Below are positions 1-11,238 of a stretch of 64,000 nucleotides of DNA, piece after piece (the first letter of the stretch is position 1; each line of letters begins with the position of its first letter). The notes beneath the pieces are model-generated. The model ran no database searches and was not told the DNA's origin. It saw only the letters and a program-made list of their open reading frames with translations. The stretch covers positions 105,462,001-105,526,000 of the forward strand of contig OZ360221.1 of the NCBI GenBank assembly GCA_977017645.1. The letters run 5' to 3'. The stretch is from Torpedo marmorata (lineage: Eukaryota). The position numbers were made by a program, and so were the translations under genes.

Positions 1-1917
1 ATCCACAGCAAAACGTAACGATGGAACGGCACAAGTTTAACTGCAGAGACCAAAAGCCTGGCGAGTCAATTAACTCATACTTCAGCGACTTGAAAATCAG
101 AGCAAAGACCTGTAATTTCGGCACGCTCTGCGAAGAATTAATTAAAGACAGAATGGTCTGTGGCATTCGTGATGATGGTATGCGGAAGGCGCTCCTGTGC
201 AAAGGCCATCTATACCTGTCTGGCGTATGAAACCACCGAAGAAGACAATTTCGATGTGATGACGGTTGCCTATATATCCTTGGCCCGGCTGGACAACCTA
301 AGAAAACACACAATGGAAGACGGCACTCTAAGTACCCTGGGCTCCTTCATCAAGGCCGGCTGGCCGAACAAACAGCGCAGCCTGCCACCAGCCGTGCAAC
401 CCTACTTTCCCTTCTGTGACGAGCTACTCATTGACGAAGGGGTCGTAATGAAGGGCCAAAGAACGGTAATCCCGAGCTCACCGCAGAACGCATATGTCGA
501 AATCCTACACAGAGGACACCAGGGCGCGGAGGCGACAAAACGAAGGGCGAGGGACATCGTTTTCTGGTCAGGCACGACAGAAGACATAGATCAAGGGGTG
601 CAGGCTTGCTCGGTGTGCAACAGCACTAAGCCACACCAACAGAAAGAGCCACTACAGCTCCACCCCGTACCAGACCTACCCTGGTCAACTGTGGCCGCGG
701 ACATTTTCGAATGGTGAGGAGATCAATATTTGGTACTAGTTAACTTGTACTCGGGATGGTTCGAGATAGACCTGCTGCGCGACGCAACCTCCTCCATGGT
801 CATTACAAAGCTGAAACGTCACTTCGCGGTGCATGGGGCGCCTCACACTCTGCTATCAGACAATGGCAGACAGTTCACCAGCGAGAGATTCAGAGACTTT
901 GCAACGGTGTGGGATTTCACGCACATCACCAGTAGCCCAGAGTACCCACAGTCAAACGGGCTGGCTGAGAGAGCTGTAAGAAGCGCAAAGCAGCTCATGG
1001 AGAAGTCTCACAGAGAAAAGACAGACATGTTCCTCAACCTGCTAAACCTGAGGAATATCCCTCGCGACACCACACTGGGCTCACCGGCACAATGACCAGG
1101 ACGACTCTGCCGGTAGCAAAGAGGCTTCTGGAGCCTCAACTAAGAGACCCGCAAGAAGTCATGGCCCAGCTGCTGAACAGGAGGCTTATGTAAAAGAAAT
1201 GATATGATAGAACAAGTCGACCGCTCGAGCCATTGGCAGAAGGGCAGGTCATAAGAATGCAGACTCCACAGGGCTATGACCGCATGGGGATAGTCGAAAG
1301 GAGCTGCCAGGAACCCAGATCATACCTAGTTCGTTCAGAAGGGAGGGTGTACAGAAGGAATAGACGGCACATCCTCCCAGTAAGGGAACCACCCCCATCT
1401 CAGGCCAACCCCAGAGAGACTGTATACCAGGATTTGGAACGCGAGCCTGAGATCGGCGGGACTCCCCCAGAAACCAACAAGGAGACAATGGACAATACAC
1501 ACTCTCAGAACGAGGCACCCCCAAGCCTCCACGTCCACAGAGGGCTACTACAGAACACGCTTTGGGCGCATCTGTAAACCCAACCCGAAATACCAGGACT
1601 GAACTGGGTTGGCTGCTTGATCAATGTCTGCAAATGTTTAAAATTGGTTTGAACTGTAATATGTAAGGGGCCGCTCAAGAAAGGGGTTGTAGACAGCCGC
1701 TCCCATCAGCTGCTCTGCACCCGCTGCAATCGCGTTGCAGCCACCGTACTCGCAACAGCGCATTGCGCATGCGCGAGCTCGGTGAGGGCGCGTTAGTTGA
1801 ATCAAGTACTTCCAGAGAGCAGATGCCCACCTGCTGGGCTCTCTCTCTCTTTGGCTATGTTCAGTAAACTGTTTGGATAACATCACCTACCGACTCGCCT
1901 CATTATTCAGCATGACA
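1..1917 (+). mobile_element. Gypsy/Ty3 LTR retrotransposon remnant (gag fragment, integrase, PPT, 3' LTR); protease and RT deleted
   Basis: 21-200 is gag-like (ERHKFNCRDQKPGESI...IKDRMVCGI). 160-717 is the integrase Zn finger (LHRGH...CSVC, QQKEPL, PWSTVAADIF). 730-1095 is the DDE core (SDNGRQF, SSPEYPQSNGLAERAV). 1233-1400 is the C-terminal RSY...YRRNRRHI. Stops interrupt the frame. Confidence 0.95.
1688..1917 (+). repeat. 3' LTR of the Gypsy element
   Basis: Follows the polypurine tract AAGAAAGGGG (1677-1686), starts TGTAG, ends CATGACA, and has an AGTAAA polyA-like signal at ~1863. LINE sequence resumes right after it. Confidence 0.8.
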
Positions 1918-4346
1918 AAAAACACCAACTACCAAGCTATCAATGTGCAGTGGAGGGTGGACATCCCTGGACCTCCTGAGTCCATAATAATCTCCTTTGT
2001 CTTGTCCACGTTGAGACTCAGGTTGTCATTTTTGCACCATTTCATGAGATTTTCCACCTCTTCTCTGTATTGCAACACTGTTATTGCTGATGAGGCAAAC
2101 TACTGTCATGTCATCTGCAAACTTGATGACTCTGTTGGAGATGGATCTGGCGTTGCAGTCATGGTTCATCAATGTAAACAGGAGCAGGCTGAACACACAG
2201 CCCTGAGGTGCGCCAGTGCTCAGAGTGATTCTGCTCGATGTTCTGTGGTTAATCCAGACAGACTGTGGTCTTTCCATTAGGAAGTCCAGAATCCAGTTAC
2301 AGAGATGGGTATTGAGTCCCAGCGAGGACCACTTCTCCACCAGCCTCTGGGGTATGATTGTATTAAATGCCGAGCTGAAGTCAATGAACAGCAGCCTGGT
2401 GTATGAGGTGTCGTACTCCAGATGGGTCAGGGCAGATTGGAGGGACAAGGATATACCATCGTCAGTAGAACGGTGCCAACTGTAAGCAAATTGGAATGGG
2501 TCCAGTGTTTCTGGGAGGTGTGCTTTGATAGGTTCCATCACCAGACACTCAAAGCATTTCATAATGGTGAAGGTCAGTGCCACAGGGCAGTAGTCATTGA
2601 GGCCTGTTACTGTCGATCTCTTTGGTACCAGAATGATCGTAGCTGCCTTGAAATTCGCGGGGACGATGGACTGCTGTAATGATGTGTTGAAGATCTCCGT
2701 AAGGACCTCCATCAGTTGATCTGCACAGTCCTTCAGTATCTGACTGGGTATGTTGTCTGGTCCTGCTGCTTTGTGTGGGTTCACCCTGGACAGGATTCTC
2801 CTCACCTGGACCGCGGCTACACAAGGGGCCTGTTCTTCAGGGAGAGATGGAGCTTTCTCTGGCGTCAGTCGTTCTTCTCGTCGAAATGTGCATGGAAGAT
2901 GTCCAGTCTGTCCTTAAGGGAGGTATTGTTGTCGTTGACTCACAAGGTTGTCTTGTGTTCTGTTATTGTTTTGATATCTTGCCACATACACCTCGTGTCG
3001 CACAGCTGACTATGGATGCTTTGCCTTCCGGTTTGCATGGAACAGGGAGGTTCAGCCCTGGTTGATCTTAGTGCCAACTTGTCTCCTGCCCTGAAGGCTG
3101 CATTTTGAGCTCTGAGAAGTCCATGTATCTCTGCATCCAATCATGGTTTCTGGTTAGCCATGGTTGTGTTGCATTTCATCTCTGTGACATCACCGATGCA
3201 CTTGCTAATATAGCCTGTCACTGAGCTCGTTTACTCGTCGATGTTTACATGGTCATTGTAGATAGCCGCTTCCCAGAAAACAGCTCCAGTGTGTGGTCTC
3301 AAAGCAGTCCTGTAGCGCTGCTGTGACCTCCCACCCCTCCCCCCTCCCTCCCAGCCATGTCCTGATCTCCCTGCGAAATGACTTTGTTCGTTTTGCCAGC
3401 GATCTTTATGTCAGGGTTAGCAGCACAGATATGTGGCTCAAGTAACCAGGTGGGGGTGCGGAGCAGCCTTGTATGCACCAGGGACGTTGGCGTACACTCG
3501 ATCTAAGGTGTTCTCTCCTCTGGTGGCGAAGTTGACATGTTGTTGAAACCATGGTAGAACAGTTTTCAGGTTAGCGTGGTTGAAGTTACCAGCGACAATC
3601 ATGCAACCATTAGGGTGGGTCATCTGGACTTCGCACATGGTACCATAAAGCTCTTCATTGCTTCACTCTCATTTGCCAAAGGCGGAACGTAAAATGCAGT
3701 AATCAGCGTGGCCCTGGGCAGGCAGAAGGCCTTTACAAGAAAGACATTTAACAGGCACCAGTTCTCATTGATGTAAATGCACAGAACCCGCTCCTTGAGT
3801 CTTGCCAGAAACAGCAGATTCTTTGTCTGCCCTGAGGGAAATAAGGCCATCTAGCTGGATCGCTGAGTGTGGAATGGAGTCCTGGAGCCACATTTCTGTA
3901 ATCACCAGAGCACAGCAGCCATGCAGTTCTTTCTGGTTCAGATTCAGCCTCAGGTAATCCATTTTATTCTCTAGCGATCTTTCATTTGCGAGTAAGATCA
4001 TCGAGAGTGCAGGCCTGGAGGGGTTAATTCTGAGTTAAACTCCAATGCCAGCCCACTTTCCATGCTTTGTCTTCTCGTACAATGCTTCCAACGGCTTCCT
4101 TCGCATCTTCAATGGCCTCCATTGCATCTCCACTGATCCGCTCCGCGGTTTACTGCAGACTGGCTCTCTTGCTTCAGCAAGTTAAAACCGCTCAATATCT
4201 TATCAGTCCAATCCTCTCATTTGAAATTCCATGTTGTATTTCTAATTTCCTTTAATGTTTCACGATCATAAACAAAACGTGTTGGGTAAGGGATTTGTCT
4301 GTTATGCGGAGCCGAAGTGGCCGCTGCAACCTCATGCGCCGCCATT
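1918..4346 (-). mobile_element. Rex1/Babar LINE, degraded, with 5' end present and 3' part cut off by the Gypsy insertion
   Basis: RT at 2026-2805 ([32 protein letters not shown]). APE endonuclease fragments at 3438-4001 (LANERSLENKMD, ITEMWL, AGNFNHANL, TRGENTLD). 5' end reads AAATGGCGGCGC on the minus strand. Confidence 0.92.
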
Positions 4347-4386
4347 TAAAAAAAAAGATCCAAGGTTCTGAAATTGGACTCTATTA

Positions 4387-4715
4387 TGACTTTTACACAG
4401 CTGCTTCTTAACGGGAAATTCTCGCAAATTTCCCGCAATGCTGGCTGTGTAAAAAGGTCGTGATGGAAATTAGTAACTAATTTCCGTCCCGACATTTTTC
4501 CTGCAGCAGCCTTAGACATTATTGCGGACTGCCTGCAGTCTAAACTGAACTGCAGGCGGTCCGCAACAATGGGCTAATGAATACGACCCCAACCCTCCTA
4601 CATCACTGCCATGCAGGAAGTTAGTGTAAACGTCCTTCCTGTGTGAACGGCCACTCCGGAGGGTAAGTATGCAAATTGATGACGGGAAAATCTCGGTACT
4701 TATGTCTAAAAGTAC
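4387..4715. mobile_element. ~330 bp MITE, probably PIF/Harbinger (copy 1)
   Basis: Closely similar to 52092-52420. Imperfect TIRs (TGACTTTTACACA...TGTCTAAAAG), TTA on the left flank, and an ACGGGAAAWTCTCG motif near both ends. Confidence 0.7.
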
Positions 4716-4814
4716 CTTGATATGATAAAATATGATACCTATTCTTGGCTGCCAGTTTGACTGAAACCTTGCAGGTGTTGCTTCCAGCATTTAAAAAAAA
4801 ACTGTATGCTGATG

Positions 4815-4985
4815 CAATACACAAACATGCTGGAGAAACTCAGCAGGTCAGGTATAAGAAGAGCCCAAGCCTGAAACGTTGGTTACCCATTACTTCCTAT
4901 TGATGCTGCATGACCTGCTGAGTTTTTTCAGCATGTTTACGTATTGCACTTGACCCCATTATCTTTAGACTTTCTTGTTTAACTC
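4815..4985. mobile_element. Penelope-like fold-back remnant
   Basis: Inverted arms CAATAC..TGCTGGAGAAACTCAGCAGGTCA / TGACCTGCTGAGTTT..GCATG..GTATTG surround a degenerate GAAACGTTGG ribozyme-like motif. Confidence 0.75.
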
Positions 4986-5504
4986 CTGTGTGCTGATGTT
5001 CATGATAATGAATGCAGCAGACAGGTGACACACACATTCATTGGAAGAGTAACTGGATTGACATCAATCAGCATGGAATGATGGTCTGATAAGAGCATCA
5101 CAAACAGGACTCCAGTGTGTGTTAACTACTCTCTTAAAATATTGTGTTTAGCATCAGGAGAACCCTCCCCTCCCATCAACAACCCCACCCATACACCCTA
5201 TTGAACTACCTGCCCTATCCAAAAGGATCAACAATTCATCCATTTCTTGCTTTCTTTAAAATAATTGGTTGGAAGGACATTTGGTCATGTAGCAGTGGTG
5301 CTGATTAATATTTGGAGAATAGAACAGTTGAATTGAATTTAGGGTTCTTTCTTGATATTTAAACTTTAACCAAACTGTGTTGCTGGCACACAATGATGTT
5401 TTGGTAGCCATTCCTGTGGATCCCTGGCAGAATGGAAGAAAGAAGAAGCTCACAAAGCAGGGCATAGTAGAGGGATGAGGGAGGAGGAGGAGGAGGAGAA
5501 GGAA

Positions 5505-5604
5505 TGTTCAGCAAGTGTCCTAGAACACAGTTCAGCAAGTGTCCTAGAACCCAGTTCATCAAGTGTCCTAGAATACAGTTCAGCAAGTGTCCTAGAACAC
5601 AGTT
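5505..5604. repeat. 24-bp tandem minisatellite, ~4 copies
   Basis: Unit GTTCAGCAAGTGTCCTAGAACACA, read directly from the sequence. Confidence 0.95.
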
Positions 5605-5699
5605 CTCTTATTGCACTTTAATGAGAAAATCATGCCAGGACACTCCACTTCTCAAAGACATGGCACATGCTTCAGCTAAAAATGCACTGCACAAAAACT

Positions 5700-5886
5700 G
5701 CACAGTCAGTTTCATTTTCATTTTCAGTTTCATTCGTTACCTGTTAGCAGTTCTTTTGATTGTTTACATGTTTACGCTGTGTACAGTTTACTTTTTGCAC
5801 TACCATTTAGTGGTAATTCGGCCGCGCCCGCAGGAAAAATAATGTGATGTCATGTATGTACTCTGACAATAAATCTGAAATCTGAA
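5700..5886 (+). mobile_element. Rex1-type 3' UTR/tail fragment
   Basis: Ends ATGTATGTACTCTGACAATAAA(TCTGAAA)n, the same GACAATAAA-plus-short-repeat tail design as the Rex1 end at 16780-16817. Confidence 0.55.
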
Positions 5887-5976
5887 CTATGGGAGTAGGG
5901 CCAGAACTACATTGCTATTCACTCTTAGGGGAAGGGTAGTGACTGGGAACATCTGCAACTTGCCACAATTTATGGA

Positions 5977-6102
5977 CGTAAAAAACACAAATGCTAGAGA
6001 AACTCAGCAGGTCAAACAGTGTCAGACCTGTTTGACCTGCTGAGTTTCTCCAGCATTTGTGTTTTTTACTTCAACCACGGTGTCTACAGATTTTCGTGAT
6101 TT
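5977..6102. mobile_element. Short Penelope-derived hairpin insertion with 12-bp TSD
   Basis: TSD ACAATTTATGGA at 5965-5976 and 6103-6114. The ~42-bp inverted arms match the Penelope terminal sequence at 46205-46279. Confidence 0.88.
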
Positions 6103-7113
6103 ACAATTTATGGAGGTCTTGGATGTTCTACCATGAGATCCAAACTAATCTCTTTCTCCTGTGGAAGTGAACAATGGGTAGCGTACACACATAGATTCAG
6201 CAGAATTATGATCTTTTCATCCTTGCAAGGAACCATCAAATGTATTCACATTTCTTGAGGGCTCTGCATGAAAATTCCAAGAACTTTGGGAAGTGTCAGG
6301 GATTTCATCCCTGTGTGCAGGAGACTCCAATAGTCCAATGCCAGAGAGCATTCATTGGATCTTCCTGCACAGTCCACAGTGCTTGATACCTTTGACAAAC
6401 TGAGTCTATACAAGGGTGGTTTATTATGGACAAGGGCCATTGTTTGACCTTTGAGCTCATTCAATCAGAGCCATAAATTAAGTGAGCAGACCATCATAGT
6501 CCGAGGAGGTTGCATACAATATCAATATCAGAAGTGAAGCTCCAAGAACATGAGTTAATGCTTTAAGAATGTTAATGGTCTCACATGTTGGTCAAGGTCA
6601 GTGAATATGTCATACTGAACAACACCATCAATGCAATTTGAGTGCTGTTCATAGCTCCCAACAAAATCAGCAAGACCAAATCTTACCCGACAACAATAAG
6701 AATCAATTAGCCTTCCTATGTAACGAAACGTGCCCATCAGTCTCATACCTTTTCATGTCCGGAAATGGAGTTTATGATATCCTCACTTTGAATGTTATGA
6801 TCGAAGACCATTGATGAAGGTTGTTGGACTTAGTAAAATCTTCTGAGGGAGTAAAGAGGGCAGGGACCTAGCACTCCTCAGGAAGCGGCATTTTACATTG
6901 TCAAAAGGTACGATGAATGCAAAATGCTCCAATCTTCTTCATATAAGAGTTACCCTATTTCATCCCATATTTCACCCCAATTTGTAACTTATTAGCCCAG
7001 CAAAGACTTCACACTATTAAGCCAAGGGAATAGTACTGCTTCAGGGACATGGAAGAACATGTCTGACATAGCATGTTAGAAGTGCACACCTCCACAATAA
7101 AAACATGATCATG

Positions 7114-7358
7114 ATTTTTTTTTTTTTTTTAAATAAATTTTATTCACAAAATAATATACAGTGCAAGGTCTTTTCACATTTGTAGTGTCATATTTATTTG
7201 TACATTCTGTTATTGTTCATTGTAATGTTAACTATTTATAGCACCATTGTCACTGATGTGCTCCCCACCCCAGGGTTACTCCCCCTTATGTTGTTTGAGG
7301 GGCTTCCCCACTAATCTCAGCCCCTCAATGGCTGGTAGTGGAAGCATCCTAGACTGAG
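7114..7358 (-). mobile_element. PolyA-tailed LINE 3' end (L1/Tx1-like), 5'-truncated
   Basis: Long T run followed by TTTATT (AATAAA plus polyA on the minus strand) and an AT-rich UTR. The family assignment is by resemblance only. Confidence 0.5.
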
Positions 7359-7952
7359 GAACACAAATGTCATGTCAGTCCAGTAGTCCTGGCATTAAAT
7401 TTTCCATTGTTATCCAATTCCTCATCATTCGCCCCGCACATAACATATAGACTGATGTATGACATGATCCCTACTTGGGTTAAAAAAAATTAGACACATT
7501 CAAGCTTCATAAAATATATTGTGGCTGTTACTTGGATAGCCTGTCAATCTACCATGTGATTAGAAACTTAGGAACAAATGATATTTGCATTGAGGAGATT
7601 CGTTGCATCTTTAAATTTTTACCATCTTCCACTGTTGTTTAGATAGGAAATTATAGAATTCAATAAAATAAATACATTACTGTGTGTAAAGGAACTGCAG
7701 AATTCCTCAGGTTTAATATATGCTTTAAAAACAAACGTGTTAAATGGCAAAATTTAACAAGGAAAATCACAAATGGCACTATTTGTACATTGTTCCTCCA
7801 CTTACTTCAGTTTGATGTTTAAAATCTGATCTACTTATGTTACCTAATTTAATTAAGCTTAAGATTGTATTTGTTAATTTTTCAGTGCAGGCAAATCTTA
7901 AAATTTGGTGTGTAAATCCAAAATATTTAATTTTAAAAAAAATGTAGACATA

Positions 7953-8212
7953 GGGCGGCACGATTGGTGTAGCGGTTAGCACAACGCCTTTACAGCACCA
8001 GCGATCGGGACCGGACTGGGGTTCGAATCCCGCGCTGTCTGTAAGGAGTTTGTACGTTCTCCCCGTATCTGCGTGGGTTTTCTCAGGGGGCTCCAGTTTC
8101 CTCCCACCATTCAAGACGTACCGGGGGTGTAGGTTAATGGGATGTAAATTGGGCAGTATGGACTCGTGGGTTGAAATGACCTGTTACCGCGCTGTATGTC
8201 TAAATTTTTTTT
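7953..8212 (+). mobile_element. V-SINE (HE1-like tRNA-derived SINE)
   Basis: A box (GGTGTAGCGGTTAG), B box (GGTTCGAATCC), V-domain GGAGTTTGTACGTTCTCCCCG...GGGTTT...TTTCCTCCC, and tail CTGTATGTCTAAA. Confidence 0.9.
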
Positions 8213-8216
8213 AAAT

Positions 8217-8432
8217 AACAGGTCCTTCCGGCCCACGAGCCCGTTTGCCCAAATACCCCAATTCACCTACAACCCCCATGCGTTTTGAAGGGTGGGAGGA
8301 AACCGGAGCACCCAGAGGAAATACAATCAGACACAGGGAGAACGTACAAACTCCTTACAGACAGTGCCGGAATCGAACCCGAGTTGCTGGCACTGTAATA
8401 GTGTAGCGCTAACCGCTACACTAACCATGCTG
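8217..8432 (-). mobile_element. V-SINE on the minus strand; its extreme 3' tail lies at ~7935-7952
   Basis: Reverse complement of the same family (GGAGAACGTACAAACTCCTTACAGACAG, CTAACCGCTACAC). Confidence 0.9.
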
Positions 8433-9261
8433 CATATACAGTATTTTCAAATAATTCTCAAATTTCACAAGTACGCAATTGAATGCTGAGACCACTAATA
8501 ACATTTCATAGTGGTTCAATTTAAGTATTAGATAACATAACAAAGTCAGGCATGTAACTATTTTCGTTGGGGAAAATGCTTACACAATTGATTTCAGTTT
8601 TTTTAGTTGTATAATTTCTGAATTGTGTATAGGGGATTAGCAATTGATTTGCCCCTGGAAAACAACCATTGCTTGTTTAAAATGGACACATTTGTTGCAA
8701 ATTGAATAGTTTGGATAGATGGGATAAATTCGAGGAAGTGCAAGAATCAACACTGTTTGATGATTCAGTTGAATAAAATAAAACACCTTCAAAATGGCCA
8801 AGAAGTATTTCAGACTCAGGCTTTGAAAATAATGGGTGTTGATTACCTATCCATTTAAACTCTGAAAATAAGTGTTCATTACTCCATTTCACTACATAAC
8901 AATGTCATGGAATAAAACGTCAGCAAGGCCATTAAGCTGACAAAAGCCAAGTCCTGCAGTTCACAAAAGGGCAATTACAGAGACATTGCCAGTAGTTTTG
9001 AAAGCTTGAAAACTATAGACCTGTGTTAGGAGAAAGCCAAGTAAAAGGAGGCCATAGCTCCAGGATTTGGCAGACAGCTCACTGTGCACACTTTAATGCA
9101 GTCAAAAGCACCCCAACTGTTTCCTCTCCAAGGAACTGACATTTAACTTTTACTCTTTCTTTCTAACTGCAGTGATAAAGATGCAGAGAAGAGTAGAAAG
9201 TCACTCAGCAGAAATTCTTTCACTGGTAAGAGCAAGTGCTAAGACAGTGTTCCAGATGCAT

Positions 9262-9341
9262 CAGGGTCGGCGTCAAGGGCGGGGGGGGGGGGGGCATTCG
9301 CGGGCCATGCCCCCCCCAAATTAGTTATTGTGCCCCCCCCC
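9262..9341 (+). mobile_element. Left end of a GC-rich hAT MITE family
   Basis: CAGGGTCGGCGTCA..GCATTCGCGGGCCATGCCCCC..TTATTGTGCCCCC matches 23589-23652 and the reverse complement of 35972-36036. Confidence 0.75.
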
Positions 9342-10131
9342 CATTTGTTTTTCCTACTTCTGCAGAGCAATTGCTGATGTGGGGCTATGATCGAAGCGTT
9401 GAATTTGCATCACACGAGCATCTTCAATTTAACATATATAAAAAGTCATTTTGACGCGATATGAATCCATGATAACAGCCATCGCTTCCCCTCCTCATCG
9501 CGTTAATTTAACTGTCTGCTACCTCTCACTTGTAGCTTCCAGAGTTGCAAATACTGTGGCAATTCTCTTGCTCGCTGACGGTTCCCCATTTCAGAACTTC
9601 TGAGTGAACTTATTTGGTTCCCCTCCTATTCCCACCTGCATTGGTGCCAGGCCATTTGGCAAAATAGACATTTGAAAGTTTTGTATGTTGTTTTACTATA
9701 AATTGGAAGTTTCATTACCTTTCCTGTCTTGTTGTTTTCTGCTGACATGAAGTGGAATGGCATGGTTCACGGATACTCCTTTAAACTTCAAACCTGGTGA
9801 GCGAACCAATGCGGGATTGATCCACGTGTGACAAACAAAAGTGAAAAGGACGATTGCTCTTTCTGCTTTTTCTTTCAAACGGATGACGCTCCACAGATAT
9901 TGACAAGCCATTGTCTCTGGATTGAGCTCCAACACTCAACTTGGCCAGTCACATAAACGTCAACGGTTGGATGATTGAGTGGCTCCTCTCTTGGGAGCCA
10001 AAAAATGGGGACATCAAAACTGTTAATAGAATGTTAATAGAATGCCCATCATTGGGCCCAATAACAACCCCCTTATCAAAAAAAATGATTGACAATCTTT
10101 AGGATAAAGTAGAGTACACAACTGGCATTCT

Positions 10132-10333
10132 GAAGTAAAACACGAAAATCTGTAGACACCGTGGTTGAAGTAAAAAACACAAATGCTGGAGAAAGTCAGC
10201 AGGTCAAACAGTGTCTTTTATGTAGCAAAGGTAGAAATACATAACCGACATCGGTTATGTATTTCTACCTTTGCTACATAAAAGACACTGTTTGACCTGC
10301 TGAGTTTCTCCAGCATTTGTGTTTTTTACTTTA
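10132..10333. mobile_element. Penelope-derived near-perfect palindrome with 16-bp TSD
   Basis: TSD ACACAACTGGCATTCT at 10116-10131 and 10334-10349. Arms of ~81 bp (10168-10248 / 10251-10331) with a 2-nt centre. Confidence 0.92.
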
Positions 10334-10454
10334 ACACAACTGGCATTCTATTCACCATCCTAAACAAAAAATACTCCCATGACTTTAATGTGTACCATCT
10401 CCAAAATTGAATTTGCATAAGTTACTTTCTTAGCATCTCCTAAACTCCTTCTAC

Positions 10455-10700
10455 CAGTAGGTTCATAGGAAAATCACCATTTCCAGATTCACCTCCAGAC
10501 CTGGTAATTAACTGCTGTTAATTCCTTCTTCATTGCTGGATCTCGATCCAGAGTATTCACATTCAACAGTATTGTGAGTGTGCTAAAGGTAGATGATTGC
10601 ATCAGATTAAAAGAGGGCTTTACTACCATCTTCTCAATGTTCATTTGGGTGGTTAATAAATATTAACCATGCCAGTGTTACCCACATCCTGAAAAATGGA
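10455..10700 (+). mobile_element. Ancient CR1/L2-type LINE 3' end
   Basis: Degenerate tail (CCATCTTCTCAA...AATAAAT..TGCCAGTG..CCCACATCCTGAAAAAT), related to 49000-49262 and the reverse complement of ~38545-38600. Confidence 0.5.
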
Positions 10701-11238
10701 CTGAACAAATGCCACTGTCAAATGAGCCATAACCCTTCATCAAGAATATTAATAATTACCAGCTTGTTGTTTTGAGTTGGTCAGTCAGTCAGATTGTAAT
10801 TTCTCTTTAAAAATGCTTTATATAATAATGTGTATAAATATATAGTCATAATGGACAGAGTACCTTAAATGAAAACAAAATTATCCTGTGACATTTCTCA
10901 TAAAAAACAAAGGGCTGGTGAGCTCTGAATACTAACATGACTTATGATTTATTTTTCCATAAATTCTTTTGTTTCTATCTGCATCTCAAACACTGCATGT
11001 TGAGTGATTCTCAGACTTTATTTGTATTTCTTTTGAATCACCTGTCACAGAGAGCAGTTTGCTGTCCTACAAGACAGTCGCACTGTGGCGGATTCAATTC
11101 TTTCTTCAATTTGATGACAAGTGTAAATGGCAGTTAATATCAGATTACAATGTGAAGATGTAATGGTAATTTTGAAAAATAGTTCTAATGAAAATATTCA
11201 ACAATAAATAAGTTTTAAGGACATTACTACAAAATCCT

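Noticed and set aside
5504-5842. ORF with FSKCPRTQ repeats
   Set aside because: It is a translation of the 24-bp minisatellite plus a LINE 3' UTR.
9696-9935. Possible transposase remnant between the orphan hAT ends
   Set aside because: No hAT motifs are recognisable in the ORF or in the neighbouring sequence I inspected.
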